Both the position numbers and the translations under genes were made by a program. A stretch of DNA of 64,000 nucleotides from Candidatus Poribacteria bacterium (GTDB lineage Bacteria > Poribacteria > WGA-4E > PCPOR2b), in the NCBI GenBank assembly GCA_965218095.1, contig OZ244587.1, forward strand, positions 4,992,001 to 5,056,000, in the 5' to 3' direction. Of the stretch, positions 19,807 to 30,023 are shown one piece after another; the stretch's first letter is position 1, and each line of letters begins with the position of its first letter. Under the pieces are notes generated by a model. The model was given only the letters and a program-made list of their open reading frames with translations. It made no database searches and had not been told where the DNA came from.

Positions 19807-21996
19807 TCACCCACAAGCAATCGTCACATAGATTGGGCTCGCCCACGCCTTTGCCCCATCCGTCTGTAACACCTGCACCCAGTAGGGATGGCAGCCCGAT
19901 GGCGCCGCAGCCTCTCGAAACGTAAACGTGACCTCCCGGCCTGCGCCCAGCGGCAACCGTTCAAACACAACCTTCATATCAATGCCCCCTGCCTCCAAAA
20001 CCACGGGCGCCTCGGCAATTTCCTGAAGCGAAAGCGACCAATTCAGAACCGGCGTCTTAAAATCGAAGGTCGTTTCGGACGGCGCGTCCAACCTCAGAAC
20101 CACACCATCGGCGTCCCCGGTGGTCACGGATTTCCAGGATACCCTTCGCTCCGTCACCGCCTCAATGCCCTCCGCCGGAGAATCGAAGGCATAACCTTTT
20201 GCTTCCAGAATTCGCCCCCGATCAACCTCAATGCTTCCGTCCCATCGCACCAACCGATTCCGCGCCCGGATGCGCTGTCCGGACCAGGCAACGCGGATTT
20301 TGTCCTCCGCCCGCTCAATCGTCTCCGGAAAGGTGTAAATCCGTTCTAACCCCCTGAAAATATCCACCCGTTCGATTGGGGCGGTTCCAAAAACCTTCAC
20401 CGAGATTTCTGGTCCGATGAAATCGGACGAGCGCGGCTTGGTCGTCCGATACGCCACGCCCATCGGATGTCCGTCCGCTGTTACATCCAGCAAGATGCGC
20501 TGCCCGGTGGTTCCATAACACCGCCGTGCTTTAAGCGCCTCCCATAGTGCCTCCCGTGTCAGCTCTCGGGCGTAGATGCAGGTCAATCCACCGTACACGC
20601 CAAACGAACCACTGCCCGGATAGGCCGCTCCGGGTCGACCCTTGTGATCGTCACTTCCGGCGATGAAACCGACCCGGTAGCCCTTCTCCAGCGCCTCCTG
20701 TAGGAACCACTCGAATTCCCCCCACTCGGAATAGACCTCAATTACTCGCTCCAGCGCCGGGTCGTGCCAGTTCAAGTTGGCATAACGCCCACCTACATGC
20801 GGCACCAGCAGAACATCCTGTTCCTTCAACGCAGCATACAGTTCTTCGATGTACGTGCAGTCAGTATCGACATCCGATTTATCCGGAATCAGCACGTGAC
20901 TCGACCGGTGCAGTGGACCGTCATCCCCCGGGTAATAGATATTGTGGTCGCCTCCCAGGGGCGTGTTCCCCGACCACTCATACCCGACAAATGCGACAAA
21001 TCGCCCGGGGTCGTATTGGGTGTTGGCTTGCTTGCGAATTTCCATCCAGACATCCTCGGTGATCTGAAAGTCGTTCCCCTGATGACCAGCGAAGTCAACC
21101 AACGCCGCCTCGCGCGCAAAGCGGAAATAGGAGGAGACTGGATTGGTCCCGACAGTTTCCTCGCTTTGCCCGTGGAGATCCCCCCAGAAGGGCTGGTAAG
21201 GTCCCTGAGCGTTCACGCACCGGAGTGGATTACCCTCCGCGGTGAGTTTATTTTGCCGGTCTTCCACGCGCACCCGATAGATGCCTGTCCTAGACGCCTT
21301 CACGCCTTCAAAGCGGCGCACACCCCGATCCGCGGGCTGGAATTGATAGACCGCTGGCAGACCGCTCAACCCCCCGGCATTGATGTGCACCTCGCCTGCA
21401 TACCCCGTGCTGGGATTGCCCCACACATCTTCTGCCTTGATTCCCACCCAGGCTTCCGCGCCAGGCGTGGTTTCCGATGCCTCCAACACCACCAGACGGT
21501 CGGGCGGTCCGCTGATAATTGGAATCCCCGGCGATGGCACGACCGTGTAGACCCATGTCCCACACCAATCAACGGCAACCCGAAACTCGAACGCATCCTT
21601 GCAAAAGGTCTGCACCCGGCTGCCCGGGCTTCCACCCACGGTATCGCCTAATGTCAGCGTGACAGCATCGCCTTCGGAGAGTGAGTCGTCGAACACATCG
21701 ATGGTGACGCAGCGGCGCCAGGGGCGCACGTAGCGCTGCTTTTCAAACGCAGCTCGCAGGGACGCCGGGCCGGTGGTAGAGACGGTGGCATACTCCGGCG
21801 CAGAAGGATTTTCAAATTGGGGCGCCGCCCAGTCGCTGACGTCCCGCCAGGCGATTTTAATCACCCCACCGTCGTCCACGCCACAGCGACCAACATGGTA
21901 GGTGATACGCCAGGTTCCGGTCGATCCGGCGACGATATGGCTGTCCGGATCTATCTCCGCCCAGCCATATAAGGCGCGAATTTCTGATTCCGTCAT
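19807..21996 (-). CDS. DUF3604 (PHP-like metallohydrolase) domain protein
   Basis: WGDLHGQS, GYEWS, PHVGG, GSDDH..RPG, LTRE.LWEALKARRCYGTTG, AWASPI motifs. Confidence 0.85.
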   Translation of the reverse strand: MTESEIRALYGWAEIDPDSHIVAGSTGTWRITYHVGRCGVDDGGVIKIAWRDVSDWAAPQFENPSAPEYATVSTTGPASLRAAFEKQRYVRPWRRCVTIDVFDDSLSEGDAVTLTLGDTVGGSPGSRVQTFCKDAFEFRVAVDWCGTWVYTVVPSPGIPIISGPPDRLVVLEASETTPGAEAWVGIKAEDVWGNPSTGYAGEVHINAGGLSGLPAVYQFQPADRGVRRFEGVKASRTGIYRVRVEDRQNKLTAEGNPLRCVNAQGPYQPFWGDLHGQSEETVGTNPVSSYFRFAREAALVDFAGHQGNDFQITEDVWMEIRKQANTQYDPGRFVAFVGYEWSGNTPLGGDHNIYYPGDDGPLHRSSHVLIPDKSDVDTDCTYIEELYAALKEQDVLLVPHVGGRYANLNWHDPALERVIEVYSEWGEFEWFLQEALEKGYRVGFIAGSDDHKGRPGAAYPGSGSFGVYGGLTCIYARELTREALWEALKARRCYGTTGQRILLDVTADGHPMGVAYRTTKPRSSDFIGPEISVKVFGTAPIERVDIFRGLERIYTFPETIERAEDKIRVAWSGQRIRARNRLVRWDGSIEVDRGRILEAKGYAFDSPAEGIEAVTERRVSWKSVTTGDADGVVLRLDAPSETTFDFKTPVLNWSLSLQEIAEAPVVLEAGGIDMKVVFERLPLGAGREVTFTFREAAAPSGCHPYWVQVLQTDGAKAWASPIYVTIACG

Positions 21997-22052
21997 CGTT
22001 TCAACCCTCCATTGAGGAATCCTCTTGGAGTTTGAGAATGCTTTGGAGGCCC

Positions 22053-22085
22053 AGAAACCGAATTTTTCAGAAAAACCCGGTTTCT
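22053..22085. repeat. Short palindromic repeat AGAAACCG..TTTTT..AAAAACCCGGTTTCT
   Basis: Imperfect inverted repeat; degenerate copy near 35890-35922. Confidence 0.55.
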
Positions 22086-22192
22086 TACCGCCTCGTCTCT
22101 TGCCTGGTACTGTATACGAAAAAAACAGAAGTCGCTCTGCGGAGGCGTGTTTCGCTGGCGCTCCGCAAAGCGACTCGGTTACCAGTGTGCCG

Positions 22193-22936
22193 CTATGAGC
22201 TTTCCTCTTCTTCCTCGGCAGCATATGAATGTCCGGCGAAGATCGCTCTGACCTCCGCCGCTGTTTTCGCATTTCTCAGCGAATTAATACGGGTTTCTTC
22301 TTCTTTCAGCAGTCCCTGAACATTGGTCAGCACGGCTTCAAGTTTGTCGGCTGGAAACTTGCAAGCGCCATTTTCGTCCATGTGGATCAGCTCGCCCGGA
22401 GAAACATCCATACCCCCCACCGTGACGGGGACATTGACCGCATGAACGGCCATGGCGCCGTGTCCTGCCGTGACACCGCTGAGCATATACTGGAATTTCA
22501 TCGGACGGATTTCATCAATGTCCCTTGAAGGACCATTGGATATAGCCCCCACACAGCCCACCGCTTTCATTGCCGTGGTCATATTCCCACCAGCCAGTCC
22601 TACTTTACCGGCGAGCTCAGGTGGAAATTTCTGCTGAAAGACCAGAATTGTTGGTTTCCTTGATGCATCCAAGGCATCGATTAAATCCATAAAGGACAAG
22701 CGTGAGTAATTCTCATCCGGCAATCCATAGACGCATGTAACGGCATATCCAACGATTCTGCCTAGTTCGGGATACATACAACGGATGGATTGGTCGGTAT
22801 ACCAGTTCTCCGTCCAGGGATTGTAAAGTCCAAGACAGAGCGGATGAGTCGGATAGGTTGCGACGACGTTGGTGATTGACGGTGTATCGAAGTGTCGCAA
22901 TTCTGCCAACATTTCCTGTTCTGTTAAGTTTGCCAT
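22193..22936 (-). CDS. RraA family / HMG-aldolase-like protein
   Basis: DTPSITN, GYAVT, G..RDIDE, VSPGELIHMDENG motifs. Confidence 0.88.
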   Translation of the reverse strand: MANLTEQEMLAELRHFDTPSITNVVATYPTHPLCLGLYNPWTENWYTDQSIRCMYPELGRIVGYAVTCVYGLPDENYSRLSFMDLIDALDASRKPTILVFQQKFPPELAGKVGLAGGNMTTAMKAVGCVGAISNGPSRDIDEIRPMKFQYMLSGVTAGHGAMAVHAVNVPVTVGGMDVSPGELIHMDENGACKFPADKLEAVLTNVQGLLKEEETRINSLRNAKTAAEVRAIFAGHSYAAEEEEESS

Positions 22937-23038
22937 GAGTAGCCTCCTCGTAAAATTGAAAAATTAAAAGGTCTGTTCCACAATTTCGTGTGGAACTTGC
23001 ATCGGTGTCGAAGTGAAAGACTGCGCTTAAATCTGTCT

Positions 23039-23185
23039 GTAACCGTTCAGGACTAACCGGAGCGAGCACTGGTTGAGTAGCGAAACGTATCGAAATCAAG
23101 CGAGCGGAATCTCGCTTCGCTAGAGATTTGGTCTCGATGCGCCTACGGCTACTCGACCGGCACTATCCCCCACCTGAACAGTTAC
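23039..23185. mobile_element. MITE/REPIN-like element with GTAACCGTTCAGG...CCTGAACAGTTAC terminal inverted repeats
   Basis: Same termini at 41350-41483; contains nested GGTTGAGTAGCG..GTATCGA / TCTCGATGCG..CTACTCGACC palindrome. Confidence 0.6.
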
Positions 23186-23215
23186 ATCTGTCTTTCCTAT
23201 TCGACGCCCATCTCA

Positions 23216-24118
23216 TCAAGAGACAGTAACTTCGGTCAGCCCAAGTTCCGCAACACACTTTCTTAACCTCGCCCGTTGTTCGGCGGTTAGGGGAGATGCG
23301 GGTGGTCTCGGATGGCCGCAATCAATGCCAAGCCGTTCACTGAGCGCCGCCTTGACAACAGCATGGAATCCACCCTCACATGCATTAATCGCGTCAAATA
23401 CTTCACAGGCTCTATCCTGGGCGGCTTCTGCGCGTTTTAAATCCCCATCTTGGTAGGCATTCCAGATTTCCACCCAGAATTCGGGCGCCATGTTTAGTGG
23501 TCCATCCACACAGCCGGTGGCGCCCAGCGTTAGCGCCGGCAGCATTAATCTACAACTTCCAATGAAGCAAGAGAGCTCCATCTTGACGAAGGCTCGGACA
23601 TTGACGAATATTGGTGCGGAATGCTTCAACCCTGCCAACTGGGGAACCCTCTCCTGAATTTTCTGCATCAATATCGGGGTAATCTCAACGCCGGTGGCCC
23701 CTGGCAAATTGTAGACAAACAGCGGCAGGTCAGCGGCTTCAGCCACGATCCGGTAGTGCTCGATGATTTCCGTGTCCGTGCGCCCATAGAAAAAAGGCGG
23801 CACACAGCAAATCGCCTCGACGCCAGCCTGAGCAGCGTGTTCAGCCATTCTCGCAGCCCGTGCTGTTGTCGGCGCCCCGACATGCATAATATTTTTCGCC
23901 CTGCCCCGGGACTGATCCGCCACAATCTCGGCGATCCGCTGGTTCTCTTCGTCATCCAGCAAAACGCTTTCGCCGGTGCCACCAGCGACCCAGAAGCCGT
24001 GGACCCCGGCCTGGATGTTAAATTCGATGACCTTCCGAAAAGCCACTTCGTTTAACTGACCTTCAGGCATCATCGGAGTGATCACTGCGGGAAACACACC
24101 TTGAAATTCGGTGTTCAT
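23216..24118 (-). CDS. DapA / N-acetylneuraminate lyase family aldolase
   Basis: GVFPAVITP, GGTGES, YNLP, LKHS (Schiff-base Lys). Confidence 0.9.
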   Translation of the reverse strand: MNTEFQGVFPAVITPMMPEGQLNEVAFRKVIEFNIQAGVHGFWVAGGTGESVLLDDEENQRIAEIVADQSRGRAKNIMHVGAPTTARAARMAEHAAQAGVEAICCVPPFFYGRTDTEIIEHYRIVAEAADLPLFVYNLPGATGVEITPILMQKIQERVPQLAGLKHSAPIFVNVRAFVKMELSCFIGSCRLMLPALTLGATGCVDGPLNMAPEFWVEIWNAYQDGDLKRAEAAQDRACEVFDAINACEGGFHAVVKAALSERLGIDCGHPRPPASPLTAEQRARLRKCVAELGLTEVTVS

Positions 24119-24253
24119 TAACCATTCCTCCTCAAAGCATACATGATGATGAAGTCGACCGGATTCCGCCCGTGCCAAATAGACGTATATCTGATCAAAT
24201 TGAGAAAGGAGCCTCCGCCCTTAAAAAGGGGACGTCATCGACGCCCGCCGGCC

Positions 24254-25198
24254 TCAGCGGACCTTGACCAGCTTGCGGAAGCTGCGTAAGATCCTGGGCG
24301 GAGAAAGCGTCCGTCCGTAGGCGCTCCAGGATACCTCACCCACGTAGATGTCTCCGTGCGAATCAATCGCTAGGCCATGGGGAGCGATAAACTGTCCGGG
24401 CGCCTCTCCGGGTCGCACATCGCCCAGTCTAACAAGACGACGACCGGTGAGATCATGAATGCTGACGCAGTTGCCAAGATTGGGGTAATCGGCGTTGACC
24501 GTAAGTTGAGTGGGCGGTTCGCCGATGTAGACACGTTCGCCATCAATGTGCAATCCGCAGGGGCGGTGGAGATTGTTCCACTGGTCCAGATAGGCGCCCT
24601 GATCGTCGAATATCTGCACGCGGTGGCTCTCTCGATCCGCGATGTACACTTTTCCTCCGCCATCAGTGCAGACACTGTGCACTAGGTTGAACTGTCCCGG
24701 GTCTGTGCCATACTCGCCCCAGGAAAAAAGGTGACGCCCGTCAGCGGAATATTTGTGCACCTTGGCGTTGCCGTACCCATCAGATATGTAGAGATCGCCT
24801 GTTTTGGGATCAAAAGCCACTTTGGTCGGCCGGTTAAAGGGTTGGCCGCTGTGAAGCGGCGCGGGTTCGCCGGGCGTACCAATAGTCATTAAGAGTTGGC
24901 CATCGGTGGTGCATTTCCGAATCGAATGATCGCCATCGTCCACGCAATAGAGGTTCTCATCGGGCCCCAGCGTGACACCATGCGGGCGCGTAAACAGGTC
25001 TTCTCCCCAAGCGGTAACAAAACTGCCATCCTGCTCGAAAACGATCATCGGATGCTCGCCTCGATTGAGAACATAGACACGATCTCTTGAGTCTACCACG
25101 ACGTCAGCTACCTCTTTGAAGCTCCAGCCTTCAGGCAACTTTGCCCAATCTGCTAGTTCCTCGTAAACGTAATCTCCGCCGCCAAGTCTCGTCGCCAT
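24254..25198 (-). CDS. NHL-repeat protein (peptidyl-alpha-hydroxyglycine lyase-like)
   Basis: FTRPHG, FNRPT.VA, ISDGYGN..VHK, YIADRE.HRVQIF repeats. Confidence 0.9.
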   Translation of the reverse strand: MATRLGGGDYVYEELADWAKLPEGWSFKEVADVVVDSRDRVYVLNRGEHPMIVFEQDGSFVTAWGEDLFTRPHGVTLGPDENLYCVDDGDHSIRKCTTDGQLLMTIGTPGEPAPLHSGQPFNRPTKVAFDPKTGDLYISDGYGNAKVHKYSADGRHLFSWGEYGTDPGQFNLVHSVCTDGGGKVYIADRESHRVQIFDDQGAYLDQWNNLHRPCGLHIDGERVYIGEPPTQLTVNADYPNLGNCVSIHDLTGRRLVRLGDVRPGEAPGQFIAPHGLAIDSHGDIYVGEVSWSAYGRTLSPPRILRSFRKLVKVR

Positions 25199-25308
25199 AT
25201 TCTATTTCCTTTCATGTGTGCCATCACAGCTATCGTTCAGAATGCGCAATATTATAGCACGATTCTATGATGAGATCTAGGACGAAAGCCCAAAGCGCCA
25301 AAAAATGA

Positions 25309-25337
25309 TTGACACATTAACGGAAAATTGATAAACT
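25309..25337 (+). promoter_or_regulatory. sigma70 promoter
   Basis: TTGACA-17 bp-TAAACT. Confidence 0.6.
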
Positions 25338-25370
25338 CCTTTTCCCTACGAGTTTGTCCAATTCATCTAT

Positions 25371-25471
25371 AGTAGAGTGTGCAGGCTGCTCGTTCTGTGT
25401 ACGAGTGAATCCTAAAAACAAGTCCTGCCTAACGAAAATTCCGCTTCGCGAGGCTGGCAGAGTGCTCTACT
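25371..25471 (+). promoter_or_regulatory. Structured 5' leader (riboswitch-like candidate)
   Basis: agtagag/ctctact closing stem with internal gcagg/cctgc and gctcgt/acgagt helices. Confidence 0.3.
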
Positions 25472-25538
25472 TCGTCGCAAGTGAAAAACCTGTATCAATC
25501 AGCCAAGATTTTCATTCATGTTCGGAGAGGATGAAATA

Positions 25539-26909
25539 ATGAGTCTGGATACCTGGTTCATGATAGGGGACTGGAGTTTCCTGGACCAATTCCAGGTCAA
25601 CGAGTTTCTGGATAAAATGGAAGAAGTTAGAGTAAAATACCTGGCCTTTGGTGGGGCGCCGCCCATGAAACCCGATCCGCGACACTATAAAGATAGTGTG
25701 GTCAAGGGGATGGAGCCGCCTCCTGAGACGATGCAGCATGAGGCTGCAGTGAGGTCACTCTTTCAGGCTGCCAAGGAGCGGGGGATGGAGCTCTATTTTT
25801 ATGGTACCAATCCTCACATGAGCGGGGCGCTGCAGGTTTATACCGCGCTGCACAGCAAGCACGCTGTCCAAATTGACGGTGCCTTGAAACCTGTGGAGAG
25901 TTACTGGGGCGCCTGCGCTAACGCACCTGAGTTTGTACCCTATTACCTGGGGCGTATCATGGACGCGCATCAGAGCTTTCCAGAGATTGACGGTTTCTTG
26001 AATGACGGACCGGAGTTTGGATACGAGATAGCGCCCGACTTTATGGGGGACAACTGGAGCCTATTCGCCTGCTTTGGACGGTGTTGCGAGAGGAAGGCGA
26101 GAGAGTTGGGCTATGACTTAACGGCGTTGCGAACTTCAGCTATCAGACTCCAGCACGGACTCCGCGCCCTGGATGCTGACGTGATACAGCGGGTGATAAC
26201 ACACCAGAGTGACCCTCATGACACCCTCGGCGATGTCATCGAAGAGCCCGGGATAAAGGAATGGTTTCGCTGCAAGCAGGACTCGATTACCTCCTGCATC
26301 AAGGGGCTATGCCAGGGCGTTAAAAGCGTCGATACGTCCCTCAAGATTGGCATTGGTTCACGACTTCCAGCGTTTACGCCGCTGACAGGATACGATCTGT
26401 GTCGCCTGGCGCAACACGCGGACTTTATGTTGCCAAAGCTCTACCTCTGGATGGGCGGCGTGGATGGGCTGTACGGTACAGTCCATCGATGGGTGAAGAC
26501 GCTCAAGGGGTGGAATCCCCACCTGCCGGAGGAGATTCTCTTCCAGTTTGTCTACAGGCTCTTCGACTTTACGCTACCAGGGGTCAGCAATATTGAGGAC
26601 ATCGCAAGATACATTGATGCCGCGCATCTGGACACCACCCATCTGACATCGCTCGGCGAACCTTTCCCAGAACGGTTCTTCACAGACGTGGTAACCGGCC
26701 AGGTCAAAAAAATGATTCAGCAGGTGGGAGATGCCGGGTGCGTCCGCCCCTGGCTTGACACGGAACATGGCGGCCGGGTCTTGACGCCTCACGAATTAGA
26801 CATGGCGCTGACGGCGGCGGAGAATGGCGGCTTGAAAACTTATCTTTACTACTGCCCGCTTGAGGAGGATAACTGGGAAGTCGCAGTTAAACACGCCAAG
26901 AGGGGGTAG
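25539..26909 (+). CDS. Hypothetical protein, possibly TIM-barrel glycoside hydrolase-like
   Basis: Long ORF with GAGG RBS; DGFLNDGPEFG and WF.CK..SIT pattern reminiscent of GHL10-like proteins. Confidence 0.7.
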   Translation: MSLDTWFMIGDWSFLDQFQVNEFLDKMEEVRVKYLAFGGAPPMKPDPRHYKDSVVKGMEPPPETMQHEAAVRSLFQAAKERGMELYFYGTNPHMSGALQVYTALHSKHAVQIDGALKPVESYWGACANAPEFVPYYLGRIMDAHQSFPEIDGFLNDGPEFGYEIAPDFMGDNWSLFACFGRCCERKARELGYDLTALRTSAIRLQHGLRALDADVIQRVITHQSDPHDTLGDVIEEPGIKEWFRCKQDSITSCIKGLCQGVKSVDTSLKIGIGSRLPAFTPLTGYDLCRLAQHADFMLPKLYLWMGGVDGLYGTVHRWVKTLKGWNPHLPEEILFQFVYRLFDFTLPGVSNIEDIARYIDAAHLDTTHLTSLGEPFPERFFTDVVTGQVKKMIQQVGDAGCVRPWLDTEHGGRVLTPHELDMALTAAENGGLKTYLYYCPLEEDNWEVAVKHAKRG

Positions 26910-26913
26910 CGTA

Positions 26914-27180
26914 TTAGTGGCTTGTCGCATCGGCGAGTGCAATAATCTGTGCCGAATCTTGGAGAGATGTTCCTAAAGCCAGCAATGATCGCATTAATAG
27001 ATCTAAAGATACAGAGGCGTCGCCCGCTTCTAGTTTGGCGACTCGTGATTGACTTGAATCGAGTAACTGGGCCAATTGCTTCTGTGTGAGTCTTTTTTCT
27101 TTACGACGGAATTTTATACTTTGACTCAAAGCGAATCTCAGTTCAATATATGCTTCTTCTTCGGGTGTTAATTCTGAACT
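26914..27180 (-). pseudogene. XRE-family HTH antitoxin (HigA/HipB-like), N-terminus apparently replaced
   Basis: ELTPEEEAYIEL...LTQKQLAQLLDSSQSRVAKLEAGD.SVSLDLL; upstream sequence unrelated and no toxin adjacent. Confidence 0.65.
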
Positions 27181-27427
27181 TGTTTTTCCCCTTCTTCTTT
27201 TTACCGACGATTCGCCTCTTTGACCGGGACAGCGTCCTGTATCTCCGTTCTCCCAACCCATACCTTCGTCTATACCACCTGCCCGGTATCGAACGCTGGC
27301 TTCCACCGGAACAGGCAGCGGATGCTGGACATATCATTGAAAAGGAAGGGAAAAGTACAGAGTCAGGTTGACACCCGTGTCACTAAGAATTGATTTATAG
27401 ACGGTGTACGAACTTTTGGTAATCCCT

Positions 27428-27590
27428 TTAGAACCGCGGATTTCGTAGGATTTCGCGGATTATTCATCCGTGTAATGCTATGTATCCGCGGTTCTAACAC
27501 CAAATCTTAGTAGCATTGAGGTTGACACAATCTGGAATTGTATTGATTGAAACTTCCTCTCGTTCCCAGGCTCCAGTTTGGGAACGAGGT
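27428..27590. repeat. Cluster of short palindromic repeats
   Basis: ttagaaccgcgga/tccgcggttctaa inverted repeat and ctcgttccca..tgggaacgag hairpin. Confidence 0.55.
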
Positions 27591-27675
27591 GAACTCGCAC
27601 CTCTGTATCTCCCCGCCCTCGAATTCTGGGGGTAAGGAGATGAGGAGAAGGGCTGATTTAAGAAAGGAGCCTTTT

Positions 27676-28578
27676 ATGATTCCCTTGATTAGCAGCATTT
27701 GCTATGGTCCCATCGGCGTTTGTCAACTCCCCCGCTTCTGGTGGAAAGTTACCCTCAGAAAAGCCGGACTGCTTGATGCGGAATATCCCGACTGTAGCGG
27801 CGGACTTGATACATCCGTCCTCGAAGTCTTGGATTTAGACAGAGAAACTACCCTCGCCTATCTGCGAGAGAATATGCCGACCTACCTTGAATTTGAGGAT
27901 TGGGTTCTCCAGCAGAAAGGTGGGACTATCGACCACGAAGCGGTGGCAGGTTGGAATGAAAAGGTCAGGACCCGTGTTCACCGTCCCGAGAAAATCGCTG
28001 AGACATATCATGACATCGGCCTTTCTGACGACGCAGGCATCACCTCCGCCGTCATCCTTAACAGCTTACAGGATTGGCAGCTCTTTTACAAGCATGACCT
28101 GAACGGCGATTTCGCGGGGCTCGGCGGTCAGGTTGTGCCGCTGATTGCGAATATCGACCACGGGCCATTGGAGGCTTGCCAGTTACCCCGGACCTGGCTC
28201 AAAATCCTTCTGAAGGCGAAGGACCTACTCCATCCCGACTACCCAGATATGACCGAAAGTGGACTGGATCCGCGAGTCTTACAAGCACTCCAAATTGAAC
28301 CCGCCGACGCTGTCGCCTATATCCGTGAAAACCTCCCGACGTACCTGCAGTTCGAGGCGTGGGTGCTGGAGCAGAATGGCGGCGAAATCGATCGGAGGCG
28401 GGTGGATGAATGGAACGTCTTTGTCCGCACCCGCATCCACAGAGATGAGAAACGAGTGGAGATTCATGCCACGGTTGGGCGCGAAGATGACGGCACGCTC
28501 ACCTCTGCGGTGCTCCTCAACCACATCGAAGATTGGCGCCTTGCCTATGCCGGGCTCGTGAATGCGTCGGCAGCATAA
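27676..28578 (+). CDS. Protein with two tandem DUF5069-like domains
   Basis: Internal duplication: GP..CQLPR.W.K...YPD...GLD...Y.REN.PTYL.FE.WVL.Q.GG occurs twice; AAGGAG RBS. Confidence 0.75.
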   Translation: MIPLISSICYGPIGVCQLPRFWWKVTLRKAGLLDAEYPDCSGGLDTSVLEVLDLDRETTLAYLRENMPTYLEFEDWVLQQKGGTIDHEAVAGWNEKVRTRVHRPEKIAETYHDIGLSDDAGITSAVILNSLQDWQLFYKHDLNGDFAGLGGQVVPLIANIDHGPLEACQLPRTWLKILLKAKDLLHPDYPDMTESGLDPRVLQALQIEPADAVAYIRENLPTYLQFEAWVLEQNGGEIDRRRVDEWNVFVRTRIHRDEKRVEIHATVGREDDGTLTSAVLLNHIEDWRLAYAGLVNASAA

Positions 28579-28694
28579 TCTGAACGTGCGCATCTAAGGT
28601 TCAGTAGTTCATTTCGCAGATCCCGATAGGGTTAGGAGCCCTGACAGGTTTTTGAAACCTGCTAGGTCTGGATTAATTTATAGAGGAGGGAATC

Positions 28695-29777
28695 ATGGCT
28701 ATACCAACAGTTCATGTGGGGTGCACCCATTTCGCCCACGGACGACTCCAGGCGTTGGTCAACTGTAAAGGACTGTCTCCCGTCGCCTGCGTGGACATTA
28801 ACCTCGGCGAAGCTCGGGAGGGCGTAGCGTCGCTGGAGGGCGAGATCCCCGAAAGACTCGGCGACCGGATTTACACGACAATCACGGAGGCGCGGGAGAG
28901 GCATGGTGCAGAGGCGTGCCTCATCTACGCTTCGACGCCGGTTCACGCAAAACTGGTCGTCGAAAGCCTCAATCTTGGGTTGCACACGCTCTGTGTGAAA
29001 CCGCTCGCGACGACGCAGGCTGAGTTTCGGGGGATTATCGCCGCTCACAAAGCGCATCCGGACCTGATGCTGGTGCAGGGACAAAATAAACGCTGGAATC
29101 CCGCCGCCGCGAAGATGCGAGGGTGGCTGCGCGAGGCGGACGGCATCGGCGAAATACTCGGCGGCGAGTGTCGATTCTGGATTCGGCAGAATCTCTGGAT
29201 GGGAGATAACTCACGCTACCCGGACGCTTACGTTGAAGGGCTCTTTTTCCACGCCGCCACAGCGCACCAACTCGACCAACTCGTTGCGGCGAAGGGACTT
29301 CCGAAATATGTAACGGCGCGCGTCCACCGTCGGCAAGACCCCGACATCGCTCGGACCGGCGTCTGGGGAACGGCTGGCGGTCAGGCGCTGATGGAATACC
29401 CAAACGGAGCGCCTTTCTGCTATACGGGAACTAACGCCTCCCATGCGAGTCCATTCGGTTGGAGCGGGCATTGGACGTTTCACGGGGAAAACGGCGATAT
29501 TCGACGTGACGCGGGACATCTTCAACTTTTCCGCAATGGTGAATGTGTCGAAGATATTCAGCTTCAAGACCTCCATCCAGGACTCATCGAAGACGACCGC
29601 ATTCAATTCGACGCCTTTGCAGACGCCCTAACCACCGGTACGGATCGGGCGTGGCTACAGGAAACCACACTGGGGACGTGGATACTGATGGAAGCCTGTA
29701 ATGCGTCAGCGCGGGCAGCGGATCGGGTTGATGTCGGATGTTTTCGTGCGGAACTGATGGGAGCGATGGGAGCCTAG
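28695..29777 (+). CDS. Gfo/Idh/MocA family oxidoreductase
   Basis: STPVH, H.LCVKPLA, GQNKRW, HQLD motifs. Confidence 0.85.
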   Translation: MAIPTVHVGCTHFAHGRLQALVNCKGLSPVACVDINLGEAREGVASLEGEIPERLGDRIYTTITEARERHGAEACLIYASTPVHAKLVVESLNLGLHTLCVKPLATTQAEFRGIIAAHKAHPDLMLVQGQNKRWNPAAAKMRGWLREADGIGEILGGECRFWIRQNLWMGDNSRYPDAYVEGLFFHAATAHQLDQLVAAKGLPKYVTARVHRRQDPDIARTGVWGTAGGQALMEYPNGAPFCYTGTNASHASPFGWSGHWTFHGENGDIRRDAGHLQLFRNGECVEDIQLQDLHPGLIEDDRIQFDAFADALTTGTDRAWLQETTLGTWILMEACNASARAADRVDVGCFRAELMGAMGA

Positions 29778-30023
29778 GTTGCTTGCTTCCCCGTACTTGT
29801 CGGATCCCATCGGACTTCCTCGCTCCCTCGTTTACCCGCTTCCCCTTGGTGCCAAGCGGTCCCGATATGTGGGAATGGATAGCCCCTACGAGGGGGAGAA
29901 CCATTTGTTACACTCCCTTGCTAACGAAATCGCGATCCAGTCCTGGCGCATATTTCACAAGACGCATCAATCGCGTAAAAATACCGAAAAAAGTCGCCGA
30001 CGCTGGCGATAAGGAGCGTTTTT

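Noticed and set aside
21997-22272. N-terminal extension of the DUF3604 ORF to 821 aa
   Set aside because: It runs through an intergenic palindrome and overlaps the RraA gene; the ATG at 21996 has a GGAGG RBS.
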